From: an uncultured delta proteobacterium
GTDB lineage: Bacteria; Myxococcota_A; Polyangia; Polyangiales; Polyangiaceae
Reading direction: 5' to 3'
Length of the DNA stretch: 64,000 nt
NCBI GenBank assembly: GCA_963841435.1
Contig: CAWJCS010000002.1
Location: 1,056,001-1,120,000 of the forward strand
Shown here: positions 28,454 to 38,033 of the stretch, one piece after another
Layout of the letters: every line of letters begins with the position of its first letter
Position numbering within the stretch: the first letter of the stretch is position 1
Made by a program: the position numbers and the translations under genes
The notes under the pieces: generated by a model
Database searches by the model: none
The model's input: the letters and a program-made list of their open reading frames with translations, nothing else
Told to the model about the DNA's origin: nothing

Positions 28454-29963
28454 CGAGGTCGAGGCGCTCAGGCCCCCGCCGCCCGGGCGGGACTACGTGC
28501 TCACGCGCGCCATCATTTTGCGCAGCATCGGCGGTATTTACGTCATCGCCTTCATGATTCTGGTTCGCCAGGTCCTCTTGTTGGTCGGGTCGCACGGGCT
28601 CTTGCCCGTTTCCCCCTTCCTCGAGCGAGTCGAGGAGCACTATGGGTCGCTGCCGGGCGCCGTCTGGCACCTCCCCTCGCTCTTCTGGCTCGGCTCCTCC
28701 GACGGGGCGCTCTTGATTGGCGCCTGGGTCGGCTTGCTGCTCGGGCTCGTCGTCTTGTCCGGTTTCGCCAATGCGCCGATCTTCGTGGCGCTCTGGGCCC
28801 TTTACCTGTCGTTTTGCCACGTGGGGCAGGTCTTTTACGGCTACGGCTGGGACGCCCTGCTCTGCGAGGTCGGTTTTTTGGCCATCTTTCTCGCTCCGCC
28901 GTGGCGACCCGCACTGCCAGGGCGCGACGAGCCGCCGTTTCTCGTCATCGTTCTGCTGCGCTGGCTCACGTTTCGCATCATGTTCGGCGCGGGGCTCATC
29001 AAGCTCAGGGGCGATCCCTGCTGGACAGCCCTTCGCTGCCTCGATTTCCACTACGAGACGCAGCCGAACCCCGGGCCGCTGAGCCCCCTTTTTCACTTCA
29101 TGCCGCGTTGGACGCACACGGCGGGCGTGCTCGCGAACCACCTGGCCGAGCTCGTCGCCCCGCTCGGCGTCTTCGGGCCGCGTCGGGTGCGGCTCGTCGC
29201 GGGCACCATCATCGTGCTCTTCCAGGGGCTCATCATCCTGAGCGGCAACCTATCGTTCCTCAATTGGCTCACGATCGTGGCGGCGCTCGCTTGCTTCGAC
29301 GACGCCGCTTTCCGGTACGTCCTTCGCTTCCTGCGGCTCGGCCCCTTGCCGACGCCTGACCCGCCGAGCCTCGCGCGGCGCCGCACCGTCCTGGTGTTCA
29401 CGGTCGTCATCGGCCTGCTCAGCATTCCACCTCTGGTGAACATGCTGTCCTCCCGGCAGCTGATGAACGCCTCCTTCGAGCCCTTCGGCCTCGTGAACAC
29501 GTACGGCGCTTTCGGCAGCGTTTCGCGCGAGCGCAACGAGGTCGTGCTCGAGGGTACGGCCGACGACCCTGGCGATCCGGCTGCGGTCTACCGGGAGTAC
29601 GAGTTTCCCTGCAAGCCGACCGATCTGCACCGGCCGCCCTGCCTCGCGACGCCGTACCACTACCGACTCGACTGGCAGATGTGGTTCGCAGGGCTCTCGA
29701 ACTTTCGTCGGGAGCCCTGGATCGTTCACCTCGCTTACCTCCTCCTCCAGGGCGAACGCGCGACGAAGTCGGCGTTCGTGCGCGACCCCTTCCCCGATCG
29801 ACCCCCGCGCGCCGTTCGCGCCCGGCTGTACCACTACCGGTTCGCGCCGCCGGGCAGCGACGCCGTCTGGCGCCGAGAGCTCATCGGAGAGTACCTGCCC
29901 CCCCTGTCGCTCGATAACCCCGAGTTCCTGCGGTTCGTCAACGCGTACGGCTGGCTACGCTGA
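28446..29963 (+). CDS. Lipase maturation factor (LMF) family membrane protein
   Basis: YGYGWDALLCEVGF, GLIKLRGDPCW, HYETQPNP, SGNLSFLNWLT, VNTYGAFGSV, PYHYRLDWQMWF. Confidence 0.93.
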   Translation: MADEVEALRPPPPGRDYVLTRAIILRSIGGIYVIAFMILVRQVLLLVGSHGLLPVSPFLERVEEHYGSLPGAVWHLPSLFWLGSSDGALLIGAWVGLLLGLVVLSGFANAPIFVALWALYLSFCHVGQVFYGYGWDALLCEVGFLAIFLAPPWRPALPGRDEPPFLVIVLLRWLTFRIMFGAGLIKLRGDPCWTALRCLDFHYETQPNPGPLSPLFHFMPRWTHTAGVLANHLAELVAPLGVFGPRRVRLVAGTIIVLFQGLIILSGNLSFLNWLTIVAALACFDDAAFRYVLRFLRLGPLPTPDPPSLARRRTVLVFTVVIGLLSIPPLVNMLSSRQLMNASFEPFGLVNTYGAFGSVSRERNEVVLEGTADDPGDPAAVYREYEFPCKPTDLHRPPCLATPYHYRLDWQMWFAGLSNFRREPWIVHLAYLLLQGERATKSAFVRDPFPDRPPRAVRARLYHYRFAPPGSDAVWRRELIGEYLPPLSLDNPEFLRFVNAYGWLR

Positions 29964-30051
29964 CCCGCCGAAAACCTTCCCCCGCATGGCTCGATTTGCT
30001 CGGATCTCGACGCGGCGGCTCCCGGAGGGCCGCCGCGCTGAAGGACGCCGC

Positions 30052-30177
30052 TCAGGTCGGCGCGCCCTGGGGGCGCCGCCTGCGGAGCTCGCTGGCGAGC
30101 AGCACCGGGGCGAGCAACACGCCGCCCGGCACGACCACCACCGCGGTCCAGAGGAGCAATCGGAACAATCGGAACAT
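30052..30177 (-). CDS. Small single-TM protein (41 aa), below the ORF-track cutoff
   Basis: MFRLFRLLLWTAVVVVPGGVLLAPVLLASELRRRRPQGAPT*; GGAG just upstream; sigma-54 motif directly upstream. Confidence 0.6.
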   Translation of the reverse strand: MFRLFRLLLWTAVVVVPGGVLLAPVLLASELRRRRPQGAPT

Positions 30178-30194
30178 TTCTCCAGTTCTACGTA

Positions 30195-30210
30195 TGCAGT
30201 GGGCATGCCA
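30195..30210 (-). promoter_or_regulatory. Sigma-54 (-24/-12) promoter
   Basis: Minus strand TGGCATGCCCACTGCA has GG-N10-GC spacing with TGGCA and TGCA ends. Confidence 0.6.
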
Positions 30211-30382
30211 GTTTCACACCACGATTCCGCGCTGTGCTTTGTCGCGCGATCCTCGGACCCTCGTCTGGATGGGACGGACACCTGCCCTGATCGGCGTGTC
30301 ACGCTGTGCACTCCGAGTGCCGAGTGACACATCTCCGACCCGGCACCCCCCTTGGGTCGCGGGCACGCGGTAGGCTACCGGC

Positions 30383-30787
30383 ATGCCCAAGCTCGACGCA
30401 CCGCGCGCCCTCGCGTTGCTCCGCATCGCGGTCGGCCTGCTCGTCTTCTGGCACGGTGTCACCAAGGTCCTCAAAGGGCCGGTCGCTGCGATTGGTCGGC
30501 AGGTCGCAGCGCACGGTTTCCCGGAGAGCTTCGCGTACGTCGTCACGGCGGGTGAGCTCGCCGGGCTCTTCCTGGCGGTGGGGCTGTACAGCCGGCTAGC
30601 CGCGGCCTTCGTGGCCGTGACCATGCTCGGCATCGCGGGCTTCGTGCAGGTCGGGCTGCTCGCCAGCGTCGGCACCGGCAAGGGGGTACCGCTCGAGTAC
30701 CCCCTGCTCCTTGCGGTTTGTTGCCTCGTGCTGGCGATCGGTCCCGGCACTCGCTGGACGCTCGACGCCTTGCGCCGCCGCCGGTGA
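30383..30787 (+). CDS. DoxX family membrane protein
   Basis: LALLRIAVGLLVFWHGVTK..GELAGLFLAVGLYSRLAA..LEYPLLL..GPG. Confidence 0.85.
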   Translation: MPKLDAPRALALLRIAVGLLVFWHGVTKVLKGPVAAIGRQVAAHGFPESFAYVVTAGELAGLFLAVGLYSRLAAAFVAVTMLGIAGFVQVGLLASVGTGKGVPLEYPLLLAVCCLVLAIGPGTRWTLDALRRRR

Positions 30788-30847
30788 CACCCCGCCGTCA
30801 TGGTCCCCCGCCGGCGCGCGCCTGCTCGGCCCCTGCGTCCGGTCGGC

Positions 30848-31927
30848 CTATCCCATCCCGGCGACCGCGAGCGCGATGCCGAGGCCCATGGCGAGCGCGA
30901 GGGCCGCGAGGAGCAACGTCACGCCGACCTGGAGCTTGTTGAGCCCCTTCTTCTCGGGAGCCTCGTACACACCGGGCGCGTCGCCGACCGCGCCGACGCG
31001 GCCGACCTTGAAGAGCTTCAGCGCCTTCTTCGCGGCTTCGCCACTGAGAACATCGGGGGCGGGCGCTGCGAGCAGGTCTCGGCGGGCCTCCGACGGCCCC
31101 TGCATCAGCACCCAGAAGATCGACGGCTCCGGCGTGCGGCGCAGCGCCCGCGCGACACTCTGGTGCGGCACGATCACGCTGGTGCGGCAGTAGCCGCAGG
31201 TATGCACCGTGCCGGTCTCGCGGAGATCGAGGGGAGCGCCACACGATGGACAGCTCAGCGTCACCACGCCGGCCGCGGTGGCGCTCGCCCTGGCCTTCGG
31301 CCGGTCGCTGCGGTGCTCCTCCGAAACCGCGGCAACCAGCGGCGGGTAGAGCGCGACGGCGGCGTCCGAGGTCGTGTGCCGGGCCCTGTCGCCGCAGCGC
31401 GGGCAGAGCGTTTCGACGCTGCCGGGCTCAGGGACGCTCAGCCCGAGCGGCTCACTGCAGCGGCCGCACACGGGGTGACCCGGCGCCGCGTCGATCGCGA
31501 GCGCACCGAACGTCGCGTGCCCGAAGGTGCGCGTGGTGCCTACGGCAAGATGTGGATTCTCGGAGCCGATCCAGACGATGGGGTGGGGGTTTCGGCCCTC
31601 GGGCAAGGGACCGGCGAGGTCGGCGACCGCGTGCGCGAAGCCGAGCCCCAGGGTCCAGGCTTCCACGTCGAAGCGCTGGCGGAGACCGCAGTGGGCGCAT
31701 TCCACCGCGCCGTCGGCGTCGAGCGCGTCGAGAGGCGCAAGGAACCGGCACGAGTTGCAGGTGAAGGCGCAGCGTATGGCGACCCAGGCCGTTTCGGGTG
31801 CGAGCGGGGGTGCGGCGACGCGCGTATCGGCGAGCGGCCGCGAGCACACCTCGCAGGTCGTCCCCCGCGATGGCGCGACCACGCCGCAAGGGCGGCAGAT
31901 CGAAACCGACACGCCGGAGGCCTGCAC
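30848..31927 (-). CDS. Multi-zinc-ribbon protein with C-terminal TM anchor
   Basis: Eight CxxC motifs (CRPC, CEVC, CNSC, CAHC, CGRC, CPRC, CPSC, CGYC) and a hydrophobic C-terminus. Start uncertain. Confidence 0.75.
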   Translation of the reverse strand: MQASGVSVSICRPCGVVAPSRGTTCEVCSRPLADTRVAAPPLAPETAWVAIRCAFTCNSCRFLAPLDALDADGAVECAHCGLRQRFDVEAWTLGLGFAHAVADLAGPLPEGRNPHPIVWIGSENPHLAVGTTRTFGHATFGALAIDAAPGHPVCGRCSEPLGLSVPEPGSVETLCPRCGDRARHTTSDAAVALYPPLVAAVSEEHRSDRPKARASATAAGVVTLSCPSCGAPLDLRETGTVHTCGYCRTSVIVPHQSVARALRRTPEPSIFWVLMQGPSEARRDLLAAPAPDVLSGEAAKKALKLFKVGRVGAVGDAPGVYEAPEKKGLNKLQVGVTLLLAALALAMGLGIALAVAGMG

Positions 31928-31970
31928 CGAGCCAGGATAGTCCGAAGGGTGTTAGAATGGAGAATCGACG

Positions 31971-32627
31971 ATGGATTTCCTGAGCGTCGGTCAGCACGCC
32001 AAGGGGTTCATCGCGATCGGCCAGGAGGCTCGCGGCGTGATCGCGATCGGGCAGATCGCGACGGGGGTCATTGCCATCGGGCAGGCGGCCCGGGGTTGTT
32101 TCACGCTGGGGCAGCTGGCCTTCGGGTTCGTCGGGTGGGGGCAGGTGGGGTTCGGCTTGCTGCATGCCGTGGGCATGGCGGGAGTCGGCGGGCGCGGGCT
32201 CGGGCTCGTGCTGCGGCTCGTCCCCGGCGTCGGTCGCGCGCGCCTTCCGCCGGACACCATCGCCGTCGAGCAGGCGCTCTCGGGCAGCGCGGGCTGGGTC
32301 GAAGCCGAGCTGTTCTACGATTCGCACGGTCTGGGCCTCGGGACCCAGGGTCGGCGCCTGCCCGTGAAGTTCGATCGCTGGCTCGTCGGGGCGGCCCAGA
32401 CCCTGACCATTCACGGGTCGAAGTCGGTCTGGGCGTACCTCCGGACGCTCGACGGCGTCGTCGTCTGCCAGCGCATCCAGCACGCGCCACCGCGTCCGTT
32501 CGAGCGCCCGGGCTTTTATGGGCTCGCCGCCGTGCAATTCGTCGGGCTCCTCATCATGGCGACGGTCTGGTGGCGCGTCGTCGGCTTCGAGCTCGCCCAA
32601 ATCCTCTCCGAGGTCGCGAGCGGCTGA
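31971..32627 (+). CDS. Hypothetical membrane protein with 10-aa GxIAIGQxA repeats
   Basis: SVGQHAK-GFIAIGQEAR-GVIAIGQIAT-GVIAIGQAAR-GCFTLGQLAF-GFVGWGQVGF; GGAG SD upstream; C-terminal TM. Confidence 0.75.
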   Translation: MDFLSVGQHAKGFIAIGQEARGVIAIGQIATGVIAIGQAARGCFTLGQLAFGFVGWGQVGFGLLHAVGMAGVGGRGLGLVLRLVPGVGRARLPPDTIAVEQALSGSAGWVEAELFYDSHGLGLGTQGRRLPVKFDRWLVGAAQTLTIHGSKSVWAYLRTLDGVVVCQRIQHAPPRPFERPGFYGLAAVQFVGLLIMATVWWRVVGFELAQILSEVASG

Positions 32628-32628
32628 T

Positions 32629-34425
32629 TCAACGGCGACTCGCGGCCGGGCTGCCGTCACGCACGAGGATCCAGGTGACGATGCCGGTCGTCGAGTGCAG
32701 GCGTACGGGGTCGAGCCCGAGCGCGTGCGCCCACGCGGGCAGGCTCGGTCGAGCGACGAGCGCGATGTGGTAGCCAGGGAGCTCGTTCGACGTCGCGAGC
32801 CGCACGAAATGCCCCGTGTCGCGGTCGGCGCGGCGTTCCTCGACCACGCGCGAGAGCGTCTGTCCGTGCCCTGCGGGCTCGACCAGATACGCGTTGGCGA
32901 ACCCCTCGGAGATCACGAGCACGTCCGGACGGCGCCCCGTAGCGTCGGCGATCGGGGCCTTTATCTCGCGCACACCGACGAGCGGATTGCGGGACCGAGG
33001 GGGGTCCGGCCCGACGCGGGTCACGTGGTACGGCGAGCGCTCGGAGACGTCGAAGTGCGGCGCGTACACCGTGAGCCCGTATGTTTCGACGCTCGAGCCT
33101 GGGGGCAGCGTCGAGAGCCAGGCGCGCACGGCCCTGCGGCCGTCGTCGAGCTGCGTCAGGTGCACGGCGAAGCTCTTCACGCCCGCCCATGCGAGCGACA
33201 CGACGAGCGCCGCGCGCACGAGCGGTAGCGCCAGGCTGGGTCCGCGAGCCGAAAGCCCGAGCAGGGCGTCCGCGGCGACGCCCCCGTACGCGGAGAGGAA
33301 CAGGCCGAGCGGCAGGAGAAAGCGCGCCTCCGAGCGCGCCACGGGCAGCGTGAAGAACGCGAAGCTCGAGAGCGCCGCGACGAACGGTAAGAGGCGCGCC
33401 GCGCGGCCGCCGAGCGGCGGCTCACCCGGCCGCGCGAGCGCGGCCACGACGACGCCGAGCCAGGCGATGCCCAGCGCGGGAAAGGGCCAGTAGAGGCTCG
33501 GCTCGGCGACGAGCGCGTCGCGGACGTTGGCGAGCACTCCGCCGAGATCGCGAGCGTAACCGCGCCAGGCCTGGCTGTTTCCGCCCGTGAGCATCCGAAG
33601 CCGCACGAGGTAGCCGGTCGGGTTCAGGAGCGCGCCGCTCAAAAGGCCGTAGCCGAGCGCGCCCAAGCCGGCCGCGCGCGCGAGTTCGCGGGACGGAAAG
33701 CGCTCCCCGCGCCGCCTGCCCAAAAGCGGCACCACCACGAGGTAGAGCGGCAGCACGAGCACGAAGCTCGCGTACGCCTGGTCCTTCGTGGCGACGGCCG
33801 CCGCGGCGAAGAGCGCGACGCGGCGAAAGGCGCGTGCGTCGCCGAGCTCGAGCACGTCGAGCACGGCATCGAGCGCGAAGACGACGTACGTGAGGCACGG
33901 CACGTCGAGGTTCGACACGCGACCGTAGAACGCGAAGGTGAGATTGGTGGCGGCGAATGCCGCGGCGAACCGCGCGGCCCGCGCGCCGAACGTGCGGCGC
34001 ACGATGCGCGCGAGGACGAGCAGCGCGAGCGCCGCCATGGCGATGGCCACCCCTTTCGCGATCAACGAGATACCCGTCATGCACGGGACGGACAGCACGC
34101 GCTCGCGGATCGCCTCGGCCGAAAGCGGCCCCGAAAGGAGCGCAGGTAAAAGCACGGGCAATGAGAGGACGACGAGCAGCAGGCTGTGCAGGAGCGGATA
34201 CTGATGCGCGTGGCCCGGCGTGAGATTGAACGCGAGACACGCGAACAGGTCGCGTGGGGCGATGCCGTCGTTTTCCCAGCCGTGCGATCCGGGCAGGTCC
34301 CAGGTGAGCGTCGGTAGCTGGCTCACGACGAAGGCGAGCGCCACGGCGCTGGTCGGCCGGTCCTCGCCGACGAGCCGCGCGGCGCTGCGGACCAACGACG
34401 AAATGGGGTGCCGGGCGCTCCACAC
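32629..34425 (-). CDS. Polytopic GT-C (ArnT/PMT-like) glycosyltransferase
   Basis: GWENDG loop, YPLLHSL, multiple TMs, SNLDVP, AVATKDQAY, EARFLLP. Start uncertain. Confidence 0.7.
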   Translation of the reverse strand: MWSARHPISSLVRSAARLVGEDRPTSAVALAFVVSQLPTLTWDLPGSHGWENDGIAPRDLFACLAFNLTPGHAHQYPLLHSLLLVVLSLPVLLPALLSGPLSAEAIRERVLSVPCMTGISLIAKGVAIAMAALALLVLARIVRRTFGARAARFAAAFAATNLTFAFYGRVSNLDVPCLTYVVFALDAVLDVLELGDARAFRRVALFAAAAVATKDQAYASFVLVLPLYLVVVPLLGRRRGERFPSRELARAAGLGALGYGLLSGALLNPTGYLVRLRMLTGGNSQAWRGYARDLGGVLANVRDALVAEPSLYWPFPALGIAWLGVVVAALARPGEPPLGGRAARLLPFVAALSSFAFFTLPVARSEARFLLPLGLFLSAYGGVAADALLGLSARGPSLALPLVRAALVVSLAWAGVKSFAVHLTQLDDGRRAVRAWLSTLPPGSSVETYGLTVYAPHFDVSERSPYHVTRVGPDPPRSRNPLVGVREIKAPIADATGRRPDVLVISEGFANAYLVEPAGHGQTLSRVVEERRADRDTGHFVRLATSNELPGYHIALVARPSLPAWAHALGLDPVRLHSTTGIVTWILVRDGSPAASRR

Positions 34426-34480
34426 GCCCGCCGACGAGTACCACGAAGCAGGTCGCCATCCGAGCGGGCGGACGCGTGGT

Positions 34481-35572
34481 ATGACCGGGCCGGTGCCGCC
34501 GCCCCTCGTCTCCGTCGACGCCCGCATGCTGCGCTCGACGGGCATCGGCACCTATCTGACGGCCCTTCTACCGCGCTTGATCGAGCGCCTCCCGGAAGCA
34601 CGGTTTTGCCTTTTGGGGCGCGAGGAAGAGCTTTCGGGGCTCGTGGCCGATGGTCGCGTCACGGTGCGCTCGCTCGGTGCCGGTGTGTACGGTGCGCTCG
34701 AGCAGCCGGCCCTCTTCGCTCGGACACCGCGGGCGACGCGCGTGTTCTGGTCGCCGCACGTGAACGTGCCGCTCGTCTCGCCGGGCCGCCTGCTCGTCAC
34801 GGTGCACGATGCCTTCTACGCGAGGCCTCCGGCCGGCGCGCGGCCGCGCTTCGACAAGGCGCTCTACCTCGGCGGTCTCATGCGGGTGCTCAGGTACCGC
34901 GCGTCGGCCGTCGTGTGCGTGTCGGAGTTCACGAAGAGCGAGCTTTTGCGCCTGCTCGGCCGCTTCCGCGCGCCCATCACCGTGGTGCCGAACGGGCTCG
35001 AGCCGCTCTGGTTCGAGCGGGCGAAAGCGCCGAGCCCTCACGGCAAGCCGTACCTCTTGTTCGTCGGGAACCTGAAGCCTCACAAGAATCTCGCGCGCAC
35101 GCTGATGGCCTTCGAGCGCGTCGCGGACCGCGTGCCGCACGATTTCCTGATCGTGGGCGGTGGAGACGCGGCCTCGTTCCAGCGGGTCGTCGGCCCGGCG
35201 CTATGGCCCAGGCTGCGGTTCCTCGGCCCGCTGCCGACGGAGGCACTCAAGGTGACGATGACGCACGCCGCGGGGCTCGTGCTCGCCTCGCTCTACGAGG
35301 GGTTCGGCCTGCCGCCACTCGAGGCGATGGCACTCGGCATCCCCGTGCTCGTGTCGCGCTCGGCGTCGCTGCCGGAGGTGTGCGGCGACGCGGCGATCTA
35401 CTGCGACGCCGAGTCGGTCGAGGACATCGCGCGGGGCATCGAGCGGCTCCTCACCGACGACGCGGTGAGGTGCGAGCTGTCGAGCGCCGGTCCCCGTCGT
35501 GCCCGCCTGTTCGACTGGGATCGCGCGGCCTCGACGATGAGCGACGTCTTGCGCGGGATGTTGAACGCGTGA
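34481..35572 (+). CDS. Glycosyltransferase family 4
   Basis: [45 protein letters not shown]. Confidence 0.93.
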   Translation: MTGPVPPPLVSVDARMLRSTGIGTYLTALLPRLIERLPEARFCLLGREEELSGLVADGRVTVRSLGAGVYGALEQPALFARTPRATRVFWSPHVNVPLVSPGRLLVTVHDAFYARPPAGARPRFDKALYLGGLMRVLRYRASAVVCVSEFTKSELLRLLGRFRAPITVVPNGLEPLWFERAKAPSPHGKPYLLFVGNLKPHKNLARTLMAFERVADRVPHDFLIVGGGDAASFQRVVGPALWPRLRFLGPLPTEALKVTMTHAAGLVLASLYEGFGLPPLEAMALGIPVLVSRSASLPEVCGDAAIYCDAESVEDIARGIERLLTDDAVRCELSSAGPRRARLFDWDRAASTMSDVLRGMLNA

Positions 35573-35592
35573 CGATGAAGGGCGTCGGTCCG

Positions 35593-36726
35593 TCAGGTGT
35601 CGAGGGCCGCGAGCGTCCGGTCGACCACGCGATCCCAGGTGAATTCGGCGAGCACGCGCTCTCGGCCGCGCCTGCCGAGCTCCGCCCGTCGCGCCGGGTC
35701 GGAAAAAAGCGCCACGAGAGCCGCCGCGAGCTCCTCGGGCGCATTCGGCGGCACGAGCACGCCCGTGACGCCGTCGGCGACCGCATCGGGGATCCCGCCG
35801 GCACGCGTGGCCACGACGGGCCTCTCGCACGCCGCGGCTTCGAGGAACACGATGCCGAAGCCCTCGACGTCGGGCGGCTCGCTGCGCGACGGCATGACGA
35901 ACACGTCTCCGAGCGAATAGTAGAGGGGCAGCTCGTCGTCCGAGACGGCTCCCACGAAGCGCACGCTCTCTTCGATGCCGAGCCGCGCCGCGTGCGCCGC
36001 GAGCGCGGGGGCCTCGGGGCCGTCGCCCGCCACGACGTACACCAGGTCGGGCACCGCCTCGCGGATCCTCGCGAACGCGTCGAGCACGGTGTCGATGCCC
36101 TTGCGCGCGACGAGGCGCGCTATCGTGAAGAGGACGGGCCGCGTGCCGAGCCCGAGGCGCACGCGGAGCTCGCTCGCGTCGAGTGGCCTGAAGCGATTCG
36201 GGTCCGTGCCGTAGTGCGTGATGCGAATGCGCTCGGGCGAGACGCCGAGATCGCGGGCGAGCCCCGCCGTGAACGCACTGCCCGCGAGCACGCGGTCGGC
36301 GCGCCCGAGCGCCGTGCGGCGCACGCCCTCGTAGCCCCGCCGCGCGACGCCCACGCGGGTCCACGGCTCGAGCAAAAGCTCGCGGCCATGCGCGGCAACG
36401 GCGACGCGTTCGATCCGCCCGACGGCGCGCAGCCCGAGCGCCGCGGGCACGGTGCTCCACTGCGCGTGCAGCGTGCGGTCGTAACCGCGTTTGATGACGA
36501 GCCGCGCGAGCGCGGGGGCGCTCGCGGCGACGAGCGTGTTGGGCGTCCCGACGCGCACGACACCGAGGCCGAGCTCGAGGTCCGCCTCGCGGCCGCCCGG
36601 CACGTCGGGCGCGACGACGGCGAACGCCTCGCAAGCGACGGAAAGGCGCTTCGCGACCTCGACGGCCCAGGTCTGGATACCTCCCCGCCGCGGCGCGAAG
36701 TCCTGTGTGACCAGCACGAGCCGCAC
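35593..36726 (-). CDS. Glycosyltransferase family 4 (PimB-like)
   Basis: VTQDFAPRRGGIQTW, ARLVARKGID, EGFGIVFLEAAAC, GGIPDAV. Confidence 0.93.
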   Translation of the reverse strand: MRLVLVTQDFAPRRGGIQTWAVEVAKRLSVACEAFAVVAPDVPGGREADLELGLGVVRVGTPNTLVAASAPALARLVIKRGYDRTLHAQWSTVPAALGLRAVGRIERVAVAAHGRELLLEPWTRVGVARRGYEGVRRTALGRADRVLAGSAFTAGLARDLGVSPERIRITHYGTDPNRFRPLDASELRVRLGLGTRPVLFTIARLVARKGIDTVLDAFARIREAVPDLVYVVAGDGPEAPALAAHAARLGIEESVRFVGAVSDDELPLYYSLGDVFVMPSRSEPPDVEGFGIVFLEAAACERPVVATRAGGIPDAVADGVTGVLVPPNAPEELAAALVALFSDPARRAELGRRGRERVLAEFTWDRVVDRTLAALDT

Positions 36727-36776
36727 GCGGGCACCATAGCAAAGACGCGCCGTGCTCGCTTTGTGGGAGGATCTTC

Positions 36777-38033
36777 GTGACGGGGCCGGTCGTCGAGTAC
36801 GTACACCGTGCTCTCGACACCGTCGGTGGCGCCGAGGTGCTGCTTGCCGACCAGACGCGCTTTCTCGCCGCTCGAGGCTTCTCTCCGCGCGTCCGTGCGC
36901 TGCTCTTCGATGCGCGAAGCTGGCAGTCGAAGCTCGAGGGTGTGCCCGTCGATGCCTGGCGGATGGTGGAAGGCGACGTGCCGCGGCCACGGCTCACGCG
37001 GACGCTCGGACCGCGGCGCCTCGCGTGGTTGCTCGCCGATCTCGAGCGAGCCGACGCCGCCATCGCGTACGCCTTCCCCGTGTCCACGGCGCTCGGCGAG
37101 GCGCGCTGTCGCGGAGCTCGCATCTGGTACTGCCTCGAGGCGCCTCGCTGGCTCCACCCCGAGGAGGCCAACCCGTACCTTGCGAAGAACGCCGCTCGTG
37201 CGCCCGCACGCCACGGGCCGAAGCGCTACCTCACGTCGCTCGCGAGCCCGATCGGGGGCCTGCCGCTCGTCGGCCGCCGCCGTCCGAGCCGGCGCGAGGC
37301 CGACCGGCGCGGCGTCGCGGGGCTCGACGCGCTCTGGGCCCTCAGCGAGTACACTCGCGACAGCGTGCGCCGCATCTATCCGGGAAGGGACGCGGAGGTG
37401 ATCTTCCCGATGGTGACTTTCCCGGAGCGCCCCCGGCGCCGCCCCGGCCTCGTCCGCGACGGGATCGGGGTGCTCAGCGTGACGCGCCTGATGTGGGAAA
37501 AAAACCTCGATACGCTGCTCGACGGCTTCGCGCTCTTTCGTCGACGCACCGATCCGCGTGCCACCCTCGACATCGTGGGCAGTGGCCCGGCGCGTGAGTC
37601 GCTCGGCGAGCAGGTGGCATCGCTCGGCCTCGCCGGCGCCGTTCGCTTCCATGGCTTCTTGCCCGAAAAGGAGCTCGCCGAGCTCGCGGGCCGCTCGGAC
37701 GTGTTCGCGTGCCTGCCGCTCGACGAGCCCTTCGGTCTGATCTTCCCCGAAGCGATCGCGCGCGGCCTCTTGGTGCTCGGTCCCGATCACGGCGGGCCCG
37801 TGGAGATCCTCGACGAGGGTCGCTACGGCGAGCTCGCGGACCCGCTCGATCCCGAGGCCGTTGCCGAGGGGCTCGCGCGGCTGTCGCGCCTCGCCGATAC
37901 GGAGGCCGACGGGCGCCGCGCCGCCGCCGACGCGGCGTGTCGCGAGCGCTTCTCGACCGAGGTCGTGGGAGCGCGCCTCTTGACGCTGCTCGCCCGCCAC
38001 GGGCTCGGGTCGCCCGCAGGGGGCACGCCGTGA
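36777..38033 (+). CDS. Glycosyltransferase family 4
   Basis: GGAEVL, RLMWEKN, DEPFGLIFPEAIARG, GGPVEI. Confidence 0.9.
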   Translation: MTGPVVEYVHRALDTVGGAEVLLADQTRFLAARGFSPRVRALLFDARSWQSKLEGVPVDAWRMVEGDVPRPRLTRTLGPRRLAWLLADLERADAAIAYAFPVSTALGEARCRGARIWYCLEAPRWLHPEEANPYLAKNAARAPARHGPKRYLTSLASPIGGLPLVGRRRPSRREADRRGVAGLDALWALSEYTRDSVRRIYPGRDAEVIFPMVTFPERPRRRPGLVRDGIGVLSVTRLMWEKNLDTLLDGFALFRRRTDPRATLDIVGSGPARESLGEQVASLGLAGAVRFHGFLPEKELAELAGRSDVFACLPLDEPFGLIFPEAIARGLLVLGPDHGGPVEILDEGRYGELADPLDPEAVAEGLARLSRLADTEADGRRAAADAACRERFSTEVVGARLLTLLARHGLGSPAGGTP

